DNA from: Antedon mediterranea
Lineage: Eukaryota > Animalia > Echinodermata
Reading direction: 5' to 3'
DNA: 64,000 nucleotides
NCBI RefSeq assembly: GCF_964355755.1
Contig: NC_092677.1
Coordinates: forward strand, 23,051,175 to 23,115,174
A program made the translations under genes and the position numbers. The notes beneath the pieces are model-generated. The model was not told the origin of the DNA and did not search any database. It saw nothing but the letters and a program-made list of their open reading frames with translations. The number at the start of each line of letters is the position of its first letter. Within the stretch, counting starts at the first letter, position 1. Below, piece after piece: positions 1 through 15,200 of this stretch.

Positions 1-276
1 AGTGCATTTTTTTTGATTTGAAAAAAAAATGGATATTTGTCTTATGCGGTTAATGAAATTTCAGGCCTAATTTTGAAATCTGTGTATATTATGTAATTAG
101 ATCAATTAAAAAGACAATACTAAAATTATTATGTTATATATTTATAATAATTTATTTGTCTATTTGCCTCCCTTTTTTTGGAGTATGTTTATATCAAATT
201 TATATTCAATGTCAAGTAGTGTCTTCACAATACATAATTTCAATTAGTGTGCCCTCTATCTTTTACCTATGTATAG

Positions 277-3200
277 ATTCTGGATCACCATTTTCATCTG
301 GTGTGGTTGAACAGTCTTCTACCAGTCACTCAATACTGTCATCAGATTCAAGACCTTCTGTAGTTGGGCAAGAGAGAAGACATCAAGGAGATGGTCAAGA
401 TGGCGAATCCTCCACATCAGCGTAAGTTTATATGTAGGGTGCATCAAGGTACCTGATATTTTGGGTGACCTTCCATAAAGGGTCAATTTCTTGCTATTGT
501 CTTGGAGGATATACAAAAAAAAACCCTTCAGATAGTGCATACATTTAAGATATAGGCTGTAGAGGAAAATTGTTTGTTGGCGTAATTTACACCTTTAGTG
601 CACACGATGCACATTCACATATTTCATACTTATAATAGCGAGCGAGTGGCCGAGCCGTTAAGACAGTGGAACCGTAATCCATAGCCATAACATCGACAAG
701 GGTTCGAGGCTCACTCGCTCCATGGGTTCTGGTGGTAGAATAAGTCTTCTCGGATAAGGACTATAAACCGTAGGTCCAGTGTATGCATATTGCTCGTGTG
801 CACTTTAAAGACCCTAGTACATTTTTCGAGACGAGTAGGGGGTTATCCCGGTGTACTAGTTCACACACAATGTCGTGGACAGACGTAATGGCGCCATAGT
901 TGGCTGCTGATGACACGATGTGACCCTTAGGGGAGAAGAATGTTGTTGAAAAGGCCACAGCGCTCTGATCTTTATGAAATAGCGCTATATAAATGACGCA
1001 TTATATATTATATTATAATATGCCAATGAAAGAGTAAACAAAACTGACGTTTCTTTTAACAGACCTTCATCAGTTTTTGCTGCAAATGTGTCCATGATTT
1101 CTGGCTCAGAAGTTGAGGCAGATCTAGCGGATGCACTCTTACTACAAATGAATCAGCTCACTCTTCCTCAGTTTGTCATTGATACCATAGCACATGTCGT
1201 ACCTCATCTTGAATGTAGGGATTCAAAACTTCTCATTGTTGTTATGGACCTATTGCATGAATGCTTACAGCTTGTGGAAATATCCATGACATCCAGGATT
1301 TGGGATGATGAAAGTGTCATTGGAAAATCCATGGTAAGGAAATAGTACATGACTGGTTAATTAATTTTTAAATGATAGTACTGTAGAAACACATATATCA
1401 GTATAATGTACAAATCTGTAGACAATTTTATTTTATCGAATTTGCAATACATAACAATACTGTAAGCCTATAAATATAGAATTTCGCTCTCCTATAGAGG
1501 GCATTCAGATAGAGACCTTGTGTGTTGAGGAGTTCTTTCAAGTTGTTGAACCAATAAAGCTGTTACTGTTGCAGTACTATTAAATGTTTAGATTTAGATA
1601 ATGTCTTATACCTCTATAAAATATTTTTTTTTGAACTGTACCCTGTTTGCTATGTAAGAACATTATACAGTATGATGCAGACCTCCAACTATATATACAA
1701 ATGTATGGCCAGTGCAGCCTAAATTCAGTAAGTAGTTAAGTGAAAGTATAACCAAATGTTCACATTCATTAATTCATTTTTAATTAATAACTTGAGTGGT
1801 TTAAAATTTTAAAGAATGTAAGCTGATACAAGTTGGTTTGAGATACAGTACATGTTGAAAAAGTCCTCTTTAAAAAAAATACCTGTAATCATTTCTTTTT
1901 TTATTTCGTAACAGGTGGAACGGATTACTGAGGTGTTGGATAGTTTAGGTGAGAGCCTCGTGGGGCATCATAGTGCTTTATCAGTAACCAATGATCAGGA
2001 AGTTGTGACTCAACACAGGCTGGTATTCTTGGGATCAGCTCTTTTCATGATCAACTTTATCACCAAACTAGTGCCATTGGAAAAGGTAAAAGACAAAGTA
2101 ATCATACAATGATTTGATTCAATATAAATTGTAATTTAAAAAAAAGATGGTTAATTTAATTTTTTTTTAAACTGTTTTTATAATGCCTAAATGTAATATT
2201 AAATCTATTAAGATGGTATGATTCCTGCATGCATTTCTTTTATAAAACTTTTATTTCAAGTAATATTAATCATTGAGTATTTTTGTGTTTATTTTTCTTT
2301 TGATACCAGATGCCAGATGTTATGCCAGAAAGCATAATTCGCATCATCACATTGTTGAACTTTGACCCCATCTTTAAGACAACTTTTTCATTTGTAAATG
2401 ATGAACTTGCAAGCTTGCTCGAAAAAATTGATAGTGAGAAATTAAGAACATTGCAGAGGACTAAGAATGTGTGCTATTCATTTGAGGCATATCACTCCTT
2501 ATTTGCAGAAGTTGGAAACAAGGTTTGTCTTTACTCTAATGCTGGAGCTTTCAGCCATGATGCTTATTTACGTAAAAGTTAAAATTCTGGAGGCTCATAT
2601 TTTATTTATATTCTATTCTTTGGCATGAACACCTTGATATCAAAAGCATACACTGATTTGGGTATGTGATGTGTACATCTTGAGGAGTTGGAACTAAAGG
2701 TTAATCAACTTTTCCTGGACGGCAAAGTGAAAATTATCCTATGTTTTTGAAGATGAATGGAAAGGTGTACAAACGTTCCTATTACTCTGCTCAAGTTGTG
2801 CACTTGAATATTATCACCATTGTCATACTACCTCAAATAAATAAAAGTTATTGTTATATTAAGTTGTCTAATTCTGATTTTAACTTCTACTTTTTCTATA
2901 GGATACTACTATAGATACCCTTGTAATGTATGCTAAAGATGCCATTCTTGGCCTATCTTGTCATGGATGCCTATGGATGGTTAGAAAGACAATTCAGCTA
3001 CTTTCGTTATTGTAAGTTTTATGTTACAATTTATAAATTGATGTGCATTTTTTAATTTTTCTTTAAATTAGTTCATTACAAGCAATTCTTGGTTCAATCC
3101 TCGGAAGAAGTGATTCTAATAATACAAGATATAAGTCTACTTTATTGTCAACATTTTACAATTTTTAGATGTTTTGTACCATAGTAGATCATTAAATAAT

Positions 3201-6200
3201 ACACTGATAAATATTTAAATCACTGAATACAATTACTATCTTTAAAGTTTTGATTAAATAAATTGCATGCCATATACAGTATTATAAGGGCAATATTAAA
3301 TTTCTATTATTGCGTTTACTTTATCTACAAACATTTTATTTGATTTAAAATAAAAGACTAATAATAAATAATTTGTGTACATCATTTTTATAGTGCCTTG
3401 CATAATTACAGTGAAAGTAATGAAACTGATCAGATTGTGGTTGACTTGTTATCAATACCAGTGGAGAATGTGCGTAAACATGCTTATGATGAAATCTTGA
3501 TTATATGCAAGGTAGGTTCAAATACTTTTTACCATATGAATAGAAAGTACAGTTTGACGTCCTCAAACGTCTTTGGTTTTTCTTTTTGTTTCGTTCTGTT
3601 AAGTGTATTGTTTTTGATAAAAGGAGAAAAAAATAAAAGTTTTTGAAAAAAAAAAAAAAAAAAGAAAGTACAGTTTCTCTCTTCAGGCTAATACGAATTG
3701 AATTTATGGTACTTTTTTTTCAGGAGAGTTTAAATATTGAGAAAGCAAGTCATGGTAACATTGATTCGAGTAAAGCTATCAAGTTCCTTGTTTCTCCTAA
3801 TATCCTTCAAGAGATCTGTAATAATGGCCTAAACAATATTAATGTAAGTGATAATAAGAAATAATCTATTAAACTGCATAAAACCTTGTTAGCAAGACAT
3901 GGAGGGTCACTCCTAAAGGCATTGTTTACTCTAAACAGTAAATAGTTCTTTATTTAATTATACTTTACTTAGAACCAATACAAATATTATACGTGCTTCC
4001 CTAAATGGTTTGCCAATTATAGTCTAGACTGTATACGACACATACCACAACTTTCTTCTCCCCGAAGTGTCCCTTCATGTCAAGTTCTGCCACCAAACAG
4101 CACCCGTTCGTCTGTCCACAACAACAGGGCCTGAATTGACCAGTGCACCGAGGTAATCCGCCAATCTCCCAAAAGATATACTGTGTTCTTTAAAGTGCAC
4201 ACGAGCCAGATGTGTACACTGGACCTCCAGTTTTAAGTCATTATCCAACAAGACTTGTTCTACCACCAGAATAATGCTCAAAGAGTGTCTTGAACCTATG
4301 CCAATTATATATACAGTAGCTATGGTTTGCGGCGCTCCCTGCCTTAACCGCTCGACCACTCAACTAGTGTATTGATATTAAATATTATTTTATTTACAGA
4401 CCGCAGAAGCAGCAAGTAACATCATGTTACACCTACTACAAGGACAGTTACTTATGACATCTGGTCTTTGGAAAATGTTGAAGGATGCTCTGATCCCATG
4501 CTTACCTTTTCTGCAGGTACAAATCACATACTAATACAATTAGGTTACCATAACAAAAGCAAGAATTGAGATTTTTAACAGTCAGTTTGATTGAATTAAG
4601 TTAAGACTAAATGTTTATTTAGCTAATTGTATATACATATTTCTGTATACAGGCTGTTGCAAGTAAACATACTCCATTAGGAAGATGTGTTATTGACCTC
4701 TTTACTGACCTTGGCCCTGATGGGATAGTGCCAAAGTTGGAACAGTTCCGTGGAGTTCTCAGAATGATGTTATCAAAACATAGCAGGTACTGTATTTATG
4801 TTGTTCATTGTAATTATATATGTTTGAAGGTTTGCATGCGAAATCAATATATTTTGATATAAAGTTTGCGGTACACCACTTATTTAGTGGCATTCTCACT
4901 CCTGAGGATGATCAAAGCATATTGATCGAAACAATAACAAATTAATTCTCACATCACATGCTATACAAGAAGCGACATCAATTCCTATTTAAAATCTTAA
5001 CTTCAATGGTGGGATAGGATTGTCACACAAGCTCTTTTTTTGGAGTCACAGAAATCAGTCACATTTTATGGTTTTTTTGTATAATGAGCTTAGAAACACT
5101 GCTATATTAGATAAACATTAAGGGTAAAGTTAATTATTATTGTACTCATGCTTACCCAGATCAGCACTATTCAAGTAGTGTACCAAGTTCTTTAATGTGT
5201 ACTATATGTATACAGAGCCAACGTCATTACATCCCATTCAACATTATTGTTATTATCAGCACACCGGAAAACTCTATTCGAGTTCTAATATATGGTTATT
5301 ATTACCATAACTTTTGTCTGAGTGATATTCAGTTTTTTATCTGGTTATTTATAGTGTACGATCAGAATGTATGAAAGCAGTGTTATGGCATTTAACATTG
5401 GAAACAGATGCAGAGTATAAACTTCCATCTTTTCTGGATAACCCACTCGGTGATTTCTCATCTCTGTTTGTTCTGGAGAAGCCAGTTTCATTAGACGACC
5501 AAACGCCGCAATTCATTTTCCAGGTATGTTTAAAATCACATAATAAACCACTTGTAGTCTTCGTTCAGTCAAAGCCAAACACAGACAAACAATATAAATT
5601 TAATATTAAAAGATATTGTCTTTGTTTTGTTGTTTGTTTTATTCAGTACTTGCATAAAAAATATCAGGATGACACAAAACATTACAAAGTATAAAAAAGA
5701 ATGATTATAATAATGGTAACATTGTTAAGATAAGATAAGATAAGATAAGATAAGATAACTTTTATTGATCCTCAAAAAGGAAATTCATTGCTCGTCATAA
5801 TAACAAAGAAACACTATAAAACCAAATATAGCATAAAACCATTCATATAAAAACATCTAAAAAATTACAATATAAAATTATCTTCTTGACTTCCTGTTGT
5901 ACTGGATGATACCGGAGGGAATAAAGGATTTAGCAAATCGATTTGTTTTCACACTGAGGAGCCTCAATCTACCACTTGGATTAAGTTGGTCTATGATCAC
6001 TTTGTGGAGAGGATGAGAGGCATCCGACTCAATGCATTGTTTTTAATCTTGCCATTCCCATTATTAATATGTTTAATATTTGAAGCAAGATATTTCAGTC
6101 TTTAATAGTATTATAGTAGAAATGTTTATTTGAGGCTAGAGTATTTGGATAAGCATGGACAAGTCTTAGAAATTTAAAACTATTGCTAATGATCAGATAA

Positions 6201-9200
6201 AGCATTGTTTTAAATTCTTCTTCTATTGTTTTTTGTTTTATATTGTTGATATGACAAAAGGAGAATAATAACCAGTAACTAAGCATGATAAGTGTTTATT
6301 TCAACTTTTGTCCCAAACTGTTTATTTAGTTGTATTCACTTGAAATAAAAATGTGTGATGTGTTATAGTTGATAACCATATACTGAATCCACATTTGAAA
6401 CATGTTTGAAATATGAATAAATTATTTTTAGAATATTGAGTCCAATATTCTGCATTATGAAATATTGGTCGTCAGTGTGCTAAACAATTTTGCTTTGTAT
6501 TGACTGATCTCACAATTAACCCTTATTGCTCAACCAAAGACAACATTTCAATGTAATGTTTCATTTATATAATACATCTTGTATTGTTACGTATGTATTA
6601 ACTTTGTTGTTTATAGGTTGATCGCCTTTTACAAGTGTTTAACATCTTTGCAACCTCTGCAACTGAATTAAAGCTCAGGAAATCCGCCCTGGAGCAAGTA
6701 TCAATATTATTACAAGGTAATATTCTAAGGTTAAATTTGGTTGATCACATGTTTATGTAAATGAGGTGAAAGAAATGTTCATCCTTTGCCTGAAGTGGTA
6801 CAGTAGAACCTGTGTTTTACGTACCCTGATTTTACGTTCCCTTGATTTTACGTACGCTTAAAATAACCGATGACGTCATAATTTTTTTACATTGAGGGTG
6901 CAATTTAACAACAACAAAGCACAACAAAGCTGTGGCTGTGTGTGTGTGAGGAATTCTGCTGTGTGAGGAATTCTGCTGTGTGTTTGAGACAAGCTACGCA
7001 CGTGCATTTAAGCAGCGACTGTTTTTATTGATAGAAAATACAAGAACATTGATATTTTACACTTTATTTTTACATCTCACAGGCTGTATATACAGTACTG
7101 TACTTTTCTAGTTAGGCCTCACATCTTGCTAGGCCTGCTAGCCTGGCCTGAATAGTCTAGGCAAGGCCTAGCTAGTGACAACCTGCATGCTGTTCAGTAA
7201 AGTAGACAAACAGGGTAGCCTTTATAGCTACGATCTCTACGTATTTGGGGTCAATTTAAGGTCAACCTTGATTTTACGAATCCTGTGTTTTACGTACGCC
7301 TTGTCCCGTACCGTACGTAAAATGAAGGTTCTACTGTATTTATTTAGGAGAAAATCAGTGTTTCCCTTTCCTAATTTATAACAATTGAGGTGAAAGAACT
7401 CGTCAGTTCAATTAAGTCAATAAATTGTTGAGGATTTCTCTTAAATGGTATTAACTTTGAAAAGAGAATTTTTGAAATCATTGTTTCCTGTGCTAAATAT
7501 GGTCAATTGATTTTTTTTTATTATTACTTTCCATTATTAGATGTTACATTACATGGTGCATTCTTGTCTAATGGAGGAGTTGAGCACATAATGGAAATCA
7601 TGCATCAAGCATTGTCCACCAAGACCAGTATCTCTGACCAGGTATGGCCTGCTGTATTCATATTTGCTATAATGAACATTGAGCCCATGTCATTGTTTTA
7701 TTTAGGGAGTGATATTAGGCCATGTCAATAAAAAATACTGTGGTAATGCATTGTTGAATAGAAAAGTAAAAATAAAGTCTGTCTTCAACACACAAATTAG
7801 AATTTTATAGAAATATCAAATTTGGCAAAGATTAATAAGGGAAACAATGATTATTCAATTAAATTAATTTTTTTATTTTTAAGATGTCATTTAAGCATAC
7901 GTATCTGTTATAGCACATGTTATCATTGATTTTATTCTTTAATAGATTGAACTGCAGAATATGATAGAACCTTGTCTTGTGTGTCTTAAACATCTACTGC
8001 ATAAACAAGCCAATTTGAGGCACAGACTAGCTCATCAGATAGATGTCTATTGCACTGTACTTAGATGTAAGTCATTTTCTACAAACAAACACAATTTTGA
8101 TAAATTTACAAATAGAACCCCCACCAGATTGAAGACCCACATCCAAATCATTTTTTGTTGGTTTGTTCTGGTAAAATTGTTCAGGCATATTCACCACCAT
8201 GTGTTTAGTTAACAAACCATGGAATTAAGATGATCCCTGAATTCACTCAACCATTGCATCATGCACATGTGTGAGCTGCATGCTTCTATCAAGCTGGCCG
8301 CACAGTGCGAGACCTGTGTAGGGGAATACCCTGTTATGTCAAGCAAACAACTATGCTCTGTGTATGGGTTCAGCAGTTATCAAATAGAATTGATCTTGTA
8401 AATGTTAGTGTTAGGTTTTTATATTTTAGTTAAGTTTGCTTTGCTTTTTGCATAACATATAGGCCTAGCTAGGGAGGCCTAGGTTAGCAAGCTAGCTAGA
8501 CACTAGAAAATGCAACATTACATAAATACATACTAGTCTATTATTGAAAAATAAAAACAAAACAAAAATTTTTTAATCAACTTTATATTTTGGGGGGGGG
8601 GGGGGGGACTGAAGTCGTAACCCCCCTCCCCCGGATTTAATCGCCGACCGGCACTTCTGACATGCTGGTGAGAACCCTGTATTTTTATATTAGATGGTTG
8701 TGTAATTTTGCTCGTTTTTGATATATATCTTTGTAAATTTGTAATTGTATATTCTTTATTTTTTTTTAATGCATTTTGTATATATATATATATTTTTTTA
8801 TATTGGATGTTTGTGTAAATCTTGCTCGTTTTTGGTATATTTTTTATGTTTATGTTACTGGACGCAATTCAGTTTTGTACTGCCATGTCTTTGTTTTTAA
8901 TAAACCAGAATAAATAAATAAATAAATAAAACTAGATGTAACAATAAAGGGGAGATATTTACGGTATTTTTTCCCACTGGATTTCCTGCAGGTACCTTGC
9001 TTAAACGATATGTTGATCAAGTGCAGGTGTGTTCAGCTTATGTGCTAGCATTTTTGCTGTTTGATGAAATTGCTAGCTTAAGTTCACCAGAAAGTGAATC
9101 ATCGACTTCACACTTCAGCTTGCCAAAGACAGTAAAAGAAAGGTAGAGTTATACTGCACAAATGATTGATCTTGCAAACTAATTGCATCACCCCATTATC

Positions 9201-12200
9201 TGTCTATTATTTATTCAAAACTTACAAATTAAATATACCATTGCACATAAATACAGAAGTAATACAGTATCCAAGGTCAAGATTGGTTGCATTCTTTTTG
9301 AAAAAACAGATTGAAATACTATTTTTTTTTTAAACAAATAACAAAAAATCTGATTTTTAAAATGACTTGGATGGAGGCACTTTGAAACATATTTTATAAA
9401 TTGTGTTGATTTTTGTCATTTTTACTTAGGTTTTTATGACTTTCGGCTCTCCAACTTCTTTGATCTAGGAAGTCTTAATTATTAGGTGTAATACTAACAT
9501 TACCTAAAAAAGTTTTTTTCTGACAATAACAAAAATTCATAACTTTCTTGCCTCAAATCAGTGTTTTATCAGTGAATTTTGATATAATTTTACCATGAAC
9601 TTGATTATTTTTTCTTAAACTTAAAATCCTTGGCTAAAACTCTTGTCTCACTCAGTTTTGGTTTTGCTACAATATCAATCAATCAATCAATCAATTCAAC
9701 TTTATTTCAGACAAACTGTCCATATATTATTGATTACTATAGTTTACAAAAACAACACATTATTATGGCTATACTGATACTAGTTAACACACGTAAAAGT
9801 ATACATGAGATTATATATACAAAAGTTCTGTCCATTTTCTATGCAACTTTGAATCTTTTAGAATACGAGAAAAAACACATGTAATTAAAGTATTACAGCT
9901 TTTTTCAATTTTTGTTTTCTTTTTACATTGTTACTCTCCTTGAAATATTCATAATCTGTTCCTTCTGCCCTCTGTTCCGGTGTAAATGTTTCCAATATCG
10001 ATTTCACACAGTTGGCCAGTCACTGCTAAATTTGTTCACATGCACACACTATTTCCACAAAGTCAGAATTTACGTGATGAGATGTTGATCAGCCATAACA
10101 GTTCCACTCTTCCATGGGTTTATCTGGTGTAATACTGATTGTGGTTATTCTATATTCTTGACTGTTTGCACTGAAAACACTTCTTTACCTTCACCTATAT
10201 TGGTTGCTACTCGTTCCTGATATTGGTCTTGCCAGATATTGGTCTTGCAATCGCCAGGTCGTGGTTCCACACAAAAGAGGAGAATGCAAACACTTGGATG
10301 CTATCCTTCCGATTTATTAGTTATTGTACTCTTGTAGCATCAAATCATTACTTCAATTACAAATCAGTACATGAGATATCAAGCCCTGCAAAATATTAAT
10401 AAACAAATAAGAAACATCACTGTATCTTATACCTTATATTCCAACATTTGAATCTAATCTCTTCCAAATCATCAGAATCATTAGAATCACTTGAAAAATC
10501 AGATTGAAATCTTTCTACATACCTGTGTTTAAAAAGTGTCTTCTTGTGCATATTTTTCAGTAATTTATAGTTCATAACAACACCTAGAAGTGCATCATGA
10601 GCATCGCTACCTGGTGTCAGCCATTCAATTTCATGCATATCCTCCAATAGTGGGTCGTGACTGCATTTGTGGAATTTATCTGCACTCGCTCATTCATGGA
10701 TGTTGCAGACATGCTGTAGTACAGAAAGCCACTTGTCCTTAATATAGTATAAACTATTAAATGATTAGGTTAATAACATAATTGTAAACATAATACTCAA
10801 TATGCATGTACAACACATACTGTACTCCAATATACACAAAAATCTAGAAAAAAAAGCTTTAATAACTTCCAGCATAATCGCCATTACAGGTAGCACAGCA
10901 CCACCACAGATGATTTTTGGATGATATCCAAAATCTAAGGTTCCGCAACCTTTCTTCTTTGATTTCTCTCTTAACTTCTTGGTGATGCTTTTTACAACAT
11001 GAAAAATGTCAAAACTTTATTTCGGGTAGTTCTTATTCATATCACTTGCAATTTGGACATCCATAGTGCACTCCTGACACATTTACATCTTCTAGAAGGT
11101 AGTCGCTTGCCGCTTGTGAAACTGCCTCGCTCCATATTTGTTAAAGCTTGGCCTGGCGTTTCCGAGACTTGGACAAGCTCAAAATAAATAATGAGCTCAC
11201 TATTCTCCTCCATCAGAGAATACCCCAAATACTTGGCACTATGGCCAGGCCTGTCACTGTGCCCATCTCCACCAACAAAAATATCTTGATAGCGAAACGA
11301 ATCTATCCATATACAATTGGTTTCATTGTACAGGTCATTTATTAAAGGGAAAAGACTTCTGAATGTTGAAATAATGTTTTTCGGAAAGGATGTGCAGTTT
11401 CATGGTAGTTGCAATGTCGAACATTTTATGATATGTGCCACCTTAAAATAAAATTGACGCGGCCAACTCAAGGTTTCCTTTAGCTATTTTTTGCACAAGT
11501 GGTTGTGAATTCCGCCTTCCTCTGTAATTGTTGTGGTCCATTTGATCCGTTCTAACGATCATTCTTCCCCGGTACAGTTTATTTATAATAGACTACCACA
11601 CTCTTGGCATGTATTAAAAAGATGGTCCAATGACGACTCATAGGCAAGGAAGACTCCATCACTCTTATTTCAGACGTATTAGGTTCATTGTTAGAGTTAC
11701 TATCAGAGCTGCTCAATGTGTATGAGCTATCAGAATCAACATCTGAAAAAGGCATGATAGATAGAAAAAAATTATTTGATATTTTTAAGTACAGCAACCT
11801 CATTACAGTTCATCTGGATTGTAGTAATACTTTATTAAAATAAAATAACCAAATAAAACCTCATTACAAATCATTTAAGTACATGAGAAATCAAGCCTTG
11901 CAAAATATTACGAATAAGAAACAACAACGAACAATTATTAATTATAATAAATAGTACCTCAAGTTATACTTATACAACACCATGACACGGCAACAACTCG
12001 CCCTAAACACATACGTGTGGACACACCATTATACTTTGGCTAGGTTCTGTACATGCTTCCATTGTGAGGTGTACGCTTGGTTGAGGTCAAAGTTTCCTAC
12101 AGGTGCTGAACTGCGATCAAGTTTTTGTGTGAGGAGCATGGCAGGTGTAAGTATGGTTGGATCATCAGGGTCCGTTGATACAGCTACTAGAGGTCATGAG

Positions 12201-15200
12201 TTTATTATGTCCATGAATTCCGCAATGAGTGTGACTAAAATTTTGTGTCGATATTATTTTTATTTAGCAACATTGCATCGAGGATACAATGTGCCGTCCT
12301 GATCAACCGCAAATGCGAAATAAGAACATAGCAAAGGCCTGAAACAAAATATGCACAGCCTTATATCACAAATAACCACCTGTATGTATAACACAGCGCC
12401 CTCAATACACAACTATTCCAATTTATTTATAACTCTTGTCTCACCCGGCTTTGGTTTTGCTACAATATATTATTTTCTTGTTACATTCTTACTCTCCCTG
12501 AAATATTCATTAAACAACTTTAAAAGTGCATCATAATCAATTTTTCTCAATTCAATAAAATTCAATAATGGTAAGACAAATAATACAAGAATAATAAATA
12601 ATAATAAATAATAAGAAACAGTAATACAAAAACAGGTAAATAGGTAAATACGAGAAAGGAATCTGTTCCTTCTGCCCTCTGTTCCGGTGTAAATGTTTCC
12701 AATATCGATTTCACACAGTTGGCCAGACACTGCTAAATTTGTTCACTAAGTAATACTGAGTGTGATGATTATTCTATATTCTTGGCTGTTTGCACTGAAA
12801 ACACTTCTTTACTTTCGCTTATATTGGTTGCTACTCGTTCCTGTATTAGATGAGGCTTCCAGATATGGTCTTGCAATTTCTTTATTATTCCTTTTGCCAT
12901 TTTCTGGCATGTGTTTAGCACTTGATTTGGGTCAAATGGAGCACGGAATCAGATGCCAAATTTGCTTTAACGTTGGGTTCCAACCCTTTCATCAACTTGA
13001 GCATAATCGAAGGGAAGATCTCCTTTGGAATGGTGCCTTTAATATGATCTTGACTCCTCTCTCCAATTGCCAAGGATGGCCTTCCAAATTATCTTAGCAG
13101 GCCTAAAAAAGCCACATCTAAGGGCTGTGTCAAATGAGTCGGGTTAGGCGGTAGGGTAGTAAAATAAATGTTGTGTTCATTGGCAGCCTACTACAGGTTG
13201 TCTCCAATAAGCAATTTCGTGCCTGGAAAATCCTTGGCGTGCGGTATAAATATATCAAAAAACCATTGTTCAAATGTTTCCATTTCAAACCACCCCCTGG
13301 TATTATTTACAAAAATTGGACTAAAAAAGTCAATTGAAACAACAAAAATTGAAATAAATTGTGTGGCTGTCTTGTAGCATAAAACATCAGAAATACAACA
13401 ACAAACAAACACAAAGTAAGTGGCAGGAAACACAGAAGAGAAATTCATTTTACGTTTGTGTGTTCCTTAAACTCAGCTGTTATCTTTATTAAAATGTGAC
13501 TGCACCAAGCAAAGGGAGTGTTGTAGAATCAAATAAAGCCACTGGTTGAGTTTTTAAAATAAACTCTTCTGTTAGACAATCAGCCACTTCACCCATTTCA
13601 CATGCCATCATCTGAACTGTTGTGCAGATTAGGTAATTTTACACCAGAAAAGTCACTTTCTTCCTAGGAATTTATTCAAAGTAACATTAATTATAAATAA
13701 TTAACAATAATTTTATTAAAATAAGAGGGACAAAATTTCAAAAAAGCAAAGCTTGTATGAGGCAGAGTATTGGGAAGTAATTGGTATCTTATCAATAGGC
13801 CCCAAGCAATTCAGCAATTGAAAGACATATTGAATGTAAACAGCCTTCCCTTTCCACTATCAGTCAGTTCTCACAGTCTGATATTTCTCTTGATGATTGG
13901 TTTCAAGATTTTGAATTTAATCTTGTAGGAATAAAACCTCATCTTCAAAACAGTTTATTTCCTCAATTGGACGGATATTTAAAACCGGTGTATTGCTCAG
14001 ATGAGAATGTGTTTTGGATTCTTGAAACAACACATGCTGGGATGATAACACGATTGCTCCGATCCATGTAGCCATGTGTCCATTTCATTTCTGTAACAAA
14101 AAATATAGATTTTTAGTCAAAAACCATATAAGATTATAACTAGTCCGAATACAGTATATAATCAGTTTAAATAATCAACATTTTTCAGCCAATTGCACAA
14201 AATGAATGTAATAGTAAACAGTTGTCATAAATACTTACTCATGCATTGATTTAACTTCTTTAGTCAAGAATTTTTTGGGAGTATTTTTTCTTGCCATCCT
14301 GTAGAGCCCACACATCAAGACAATTGGCATGAAATCCTGGGTAGCCGGTGATGCACCAGAATTCTCCGGTGATCTCCACATCACGGTCTCTGGTGCTGAT
14401 AACATCTGCTACCTCGGTGCAACATAGACATTCTTCAAATGACTGCATTATTTTGCAATTCCCACATGTGCACCTTAACCAAAATGGTAGTATTGTTTTT
14501 TTTTTAAAAAGGAGACCACGTAACAATGAATTGGCTCTATTGTCTTACGTAGGTAACAGTACTACTAGCCTTGTACAATGGCTTTATCCCATTATAATAT
14601 ATAGAATATGGTGTTTAGTTTTTGTTAATGTAAAAGTCTGTAGTAAACACATTTGTCTGGCATCTCCTCCCAGAGTGCGTACCTCCTTCAAGGTATCTAC
14701 ATCATTAGTAAGTAGGGAAATTCAAGTTGGTCGCTTTTTTGACCTACTAAATACTACTGCAGCAGTGTTATTTTTCTGGCTATTAGAATTGCACATGATA
14801 TGTAATCGATTGTGGCATTGGTCGATATCGGTACTTTGCAGGACGTTAATACAGCGCGCGGCGGCAGAAGTTAAAGATGGGTAAGTTTAGGCCGTCAATA
14901 TTGTACCAGACAACATACTTTGTGTGTTCCCTTAGTGCATCTAGTGTAAGTCGAGCTGATGGATTTTCCACAGTGCAATAGTCAGCATATTGATTTTTAG
15001 TCCACTGTATTTGCTTATGTCTAAGTATCTTTTTAGCTTTGTCCATAGGTTCACCCTTTCTATCTTTATCAACCAAGCTTTCCACTTCAATGACCGGGAC
15101 GACTTTATTTTTAGGCAAGAATATTGTGAAGTATTTGCCAATAGCTCTACGAACGCTGTTAATTTTAAGTGTGCCTGGCCCTTCTCCTGAAGCATCTGTA

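Noticed and set aside
637-725. tRNA gene
   Set aside because: A and B boxes are present but there is no proper cloverleaf, and the sequence continues into a SINE body with other degraded copies in the window.
13963-14480. Host P2X7 receptor gene
   Set aside because: Only the cytoplasmic ballast-like region is present, with no channel exons; this domain is a known KolobokP component.
14348-14884. 178-aa plus-strand ORF
   Set aside because: Antisense shadow of the KolX exon and the adjoining minus-strand coding-like segment.
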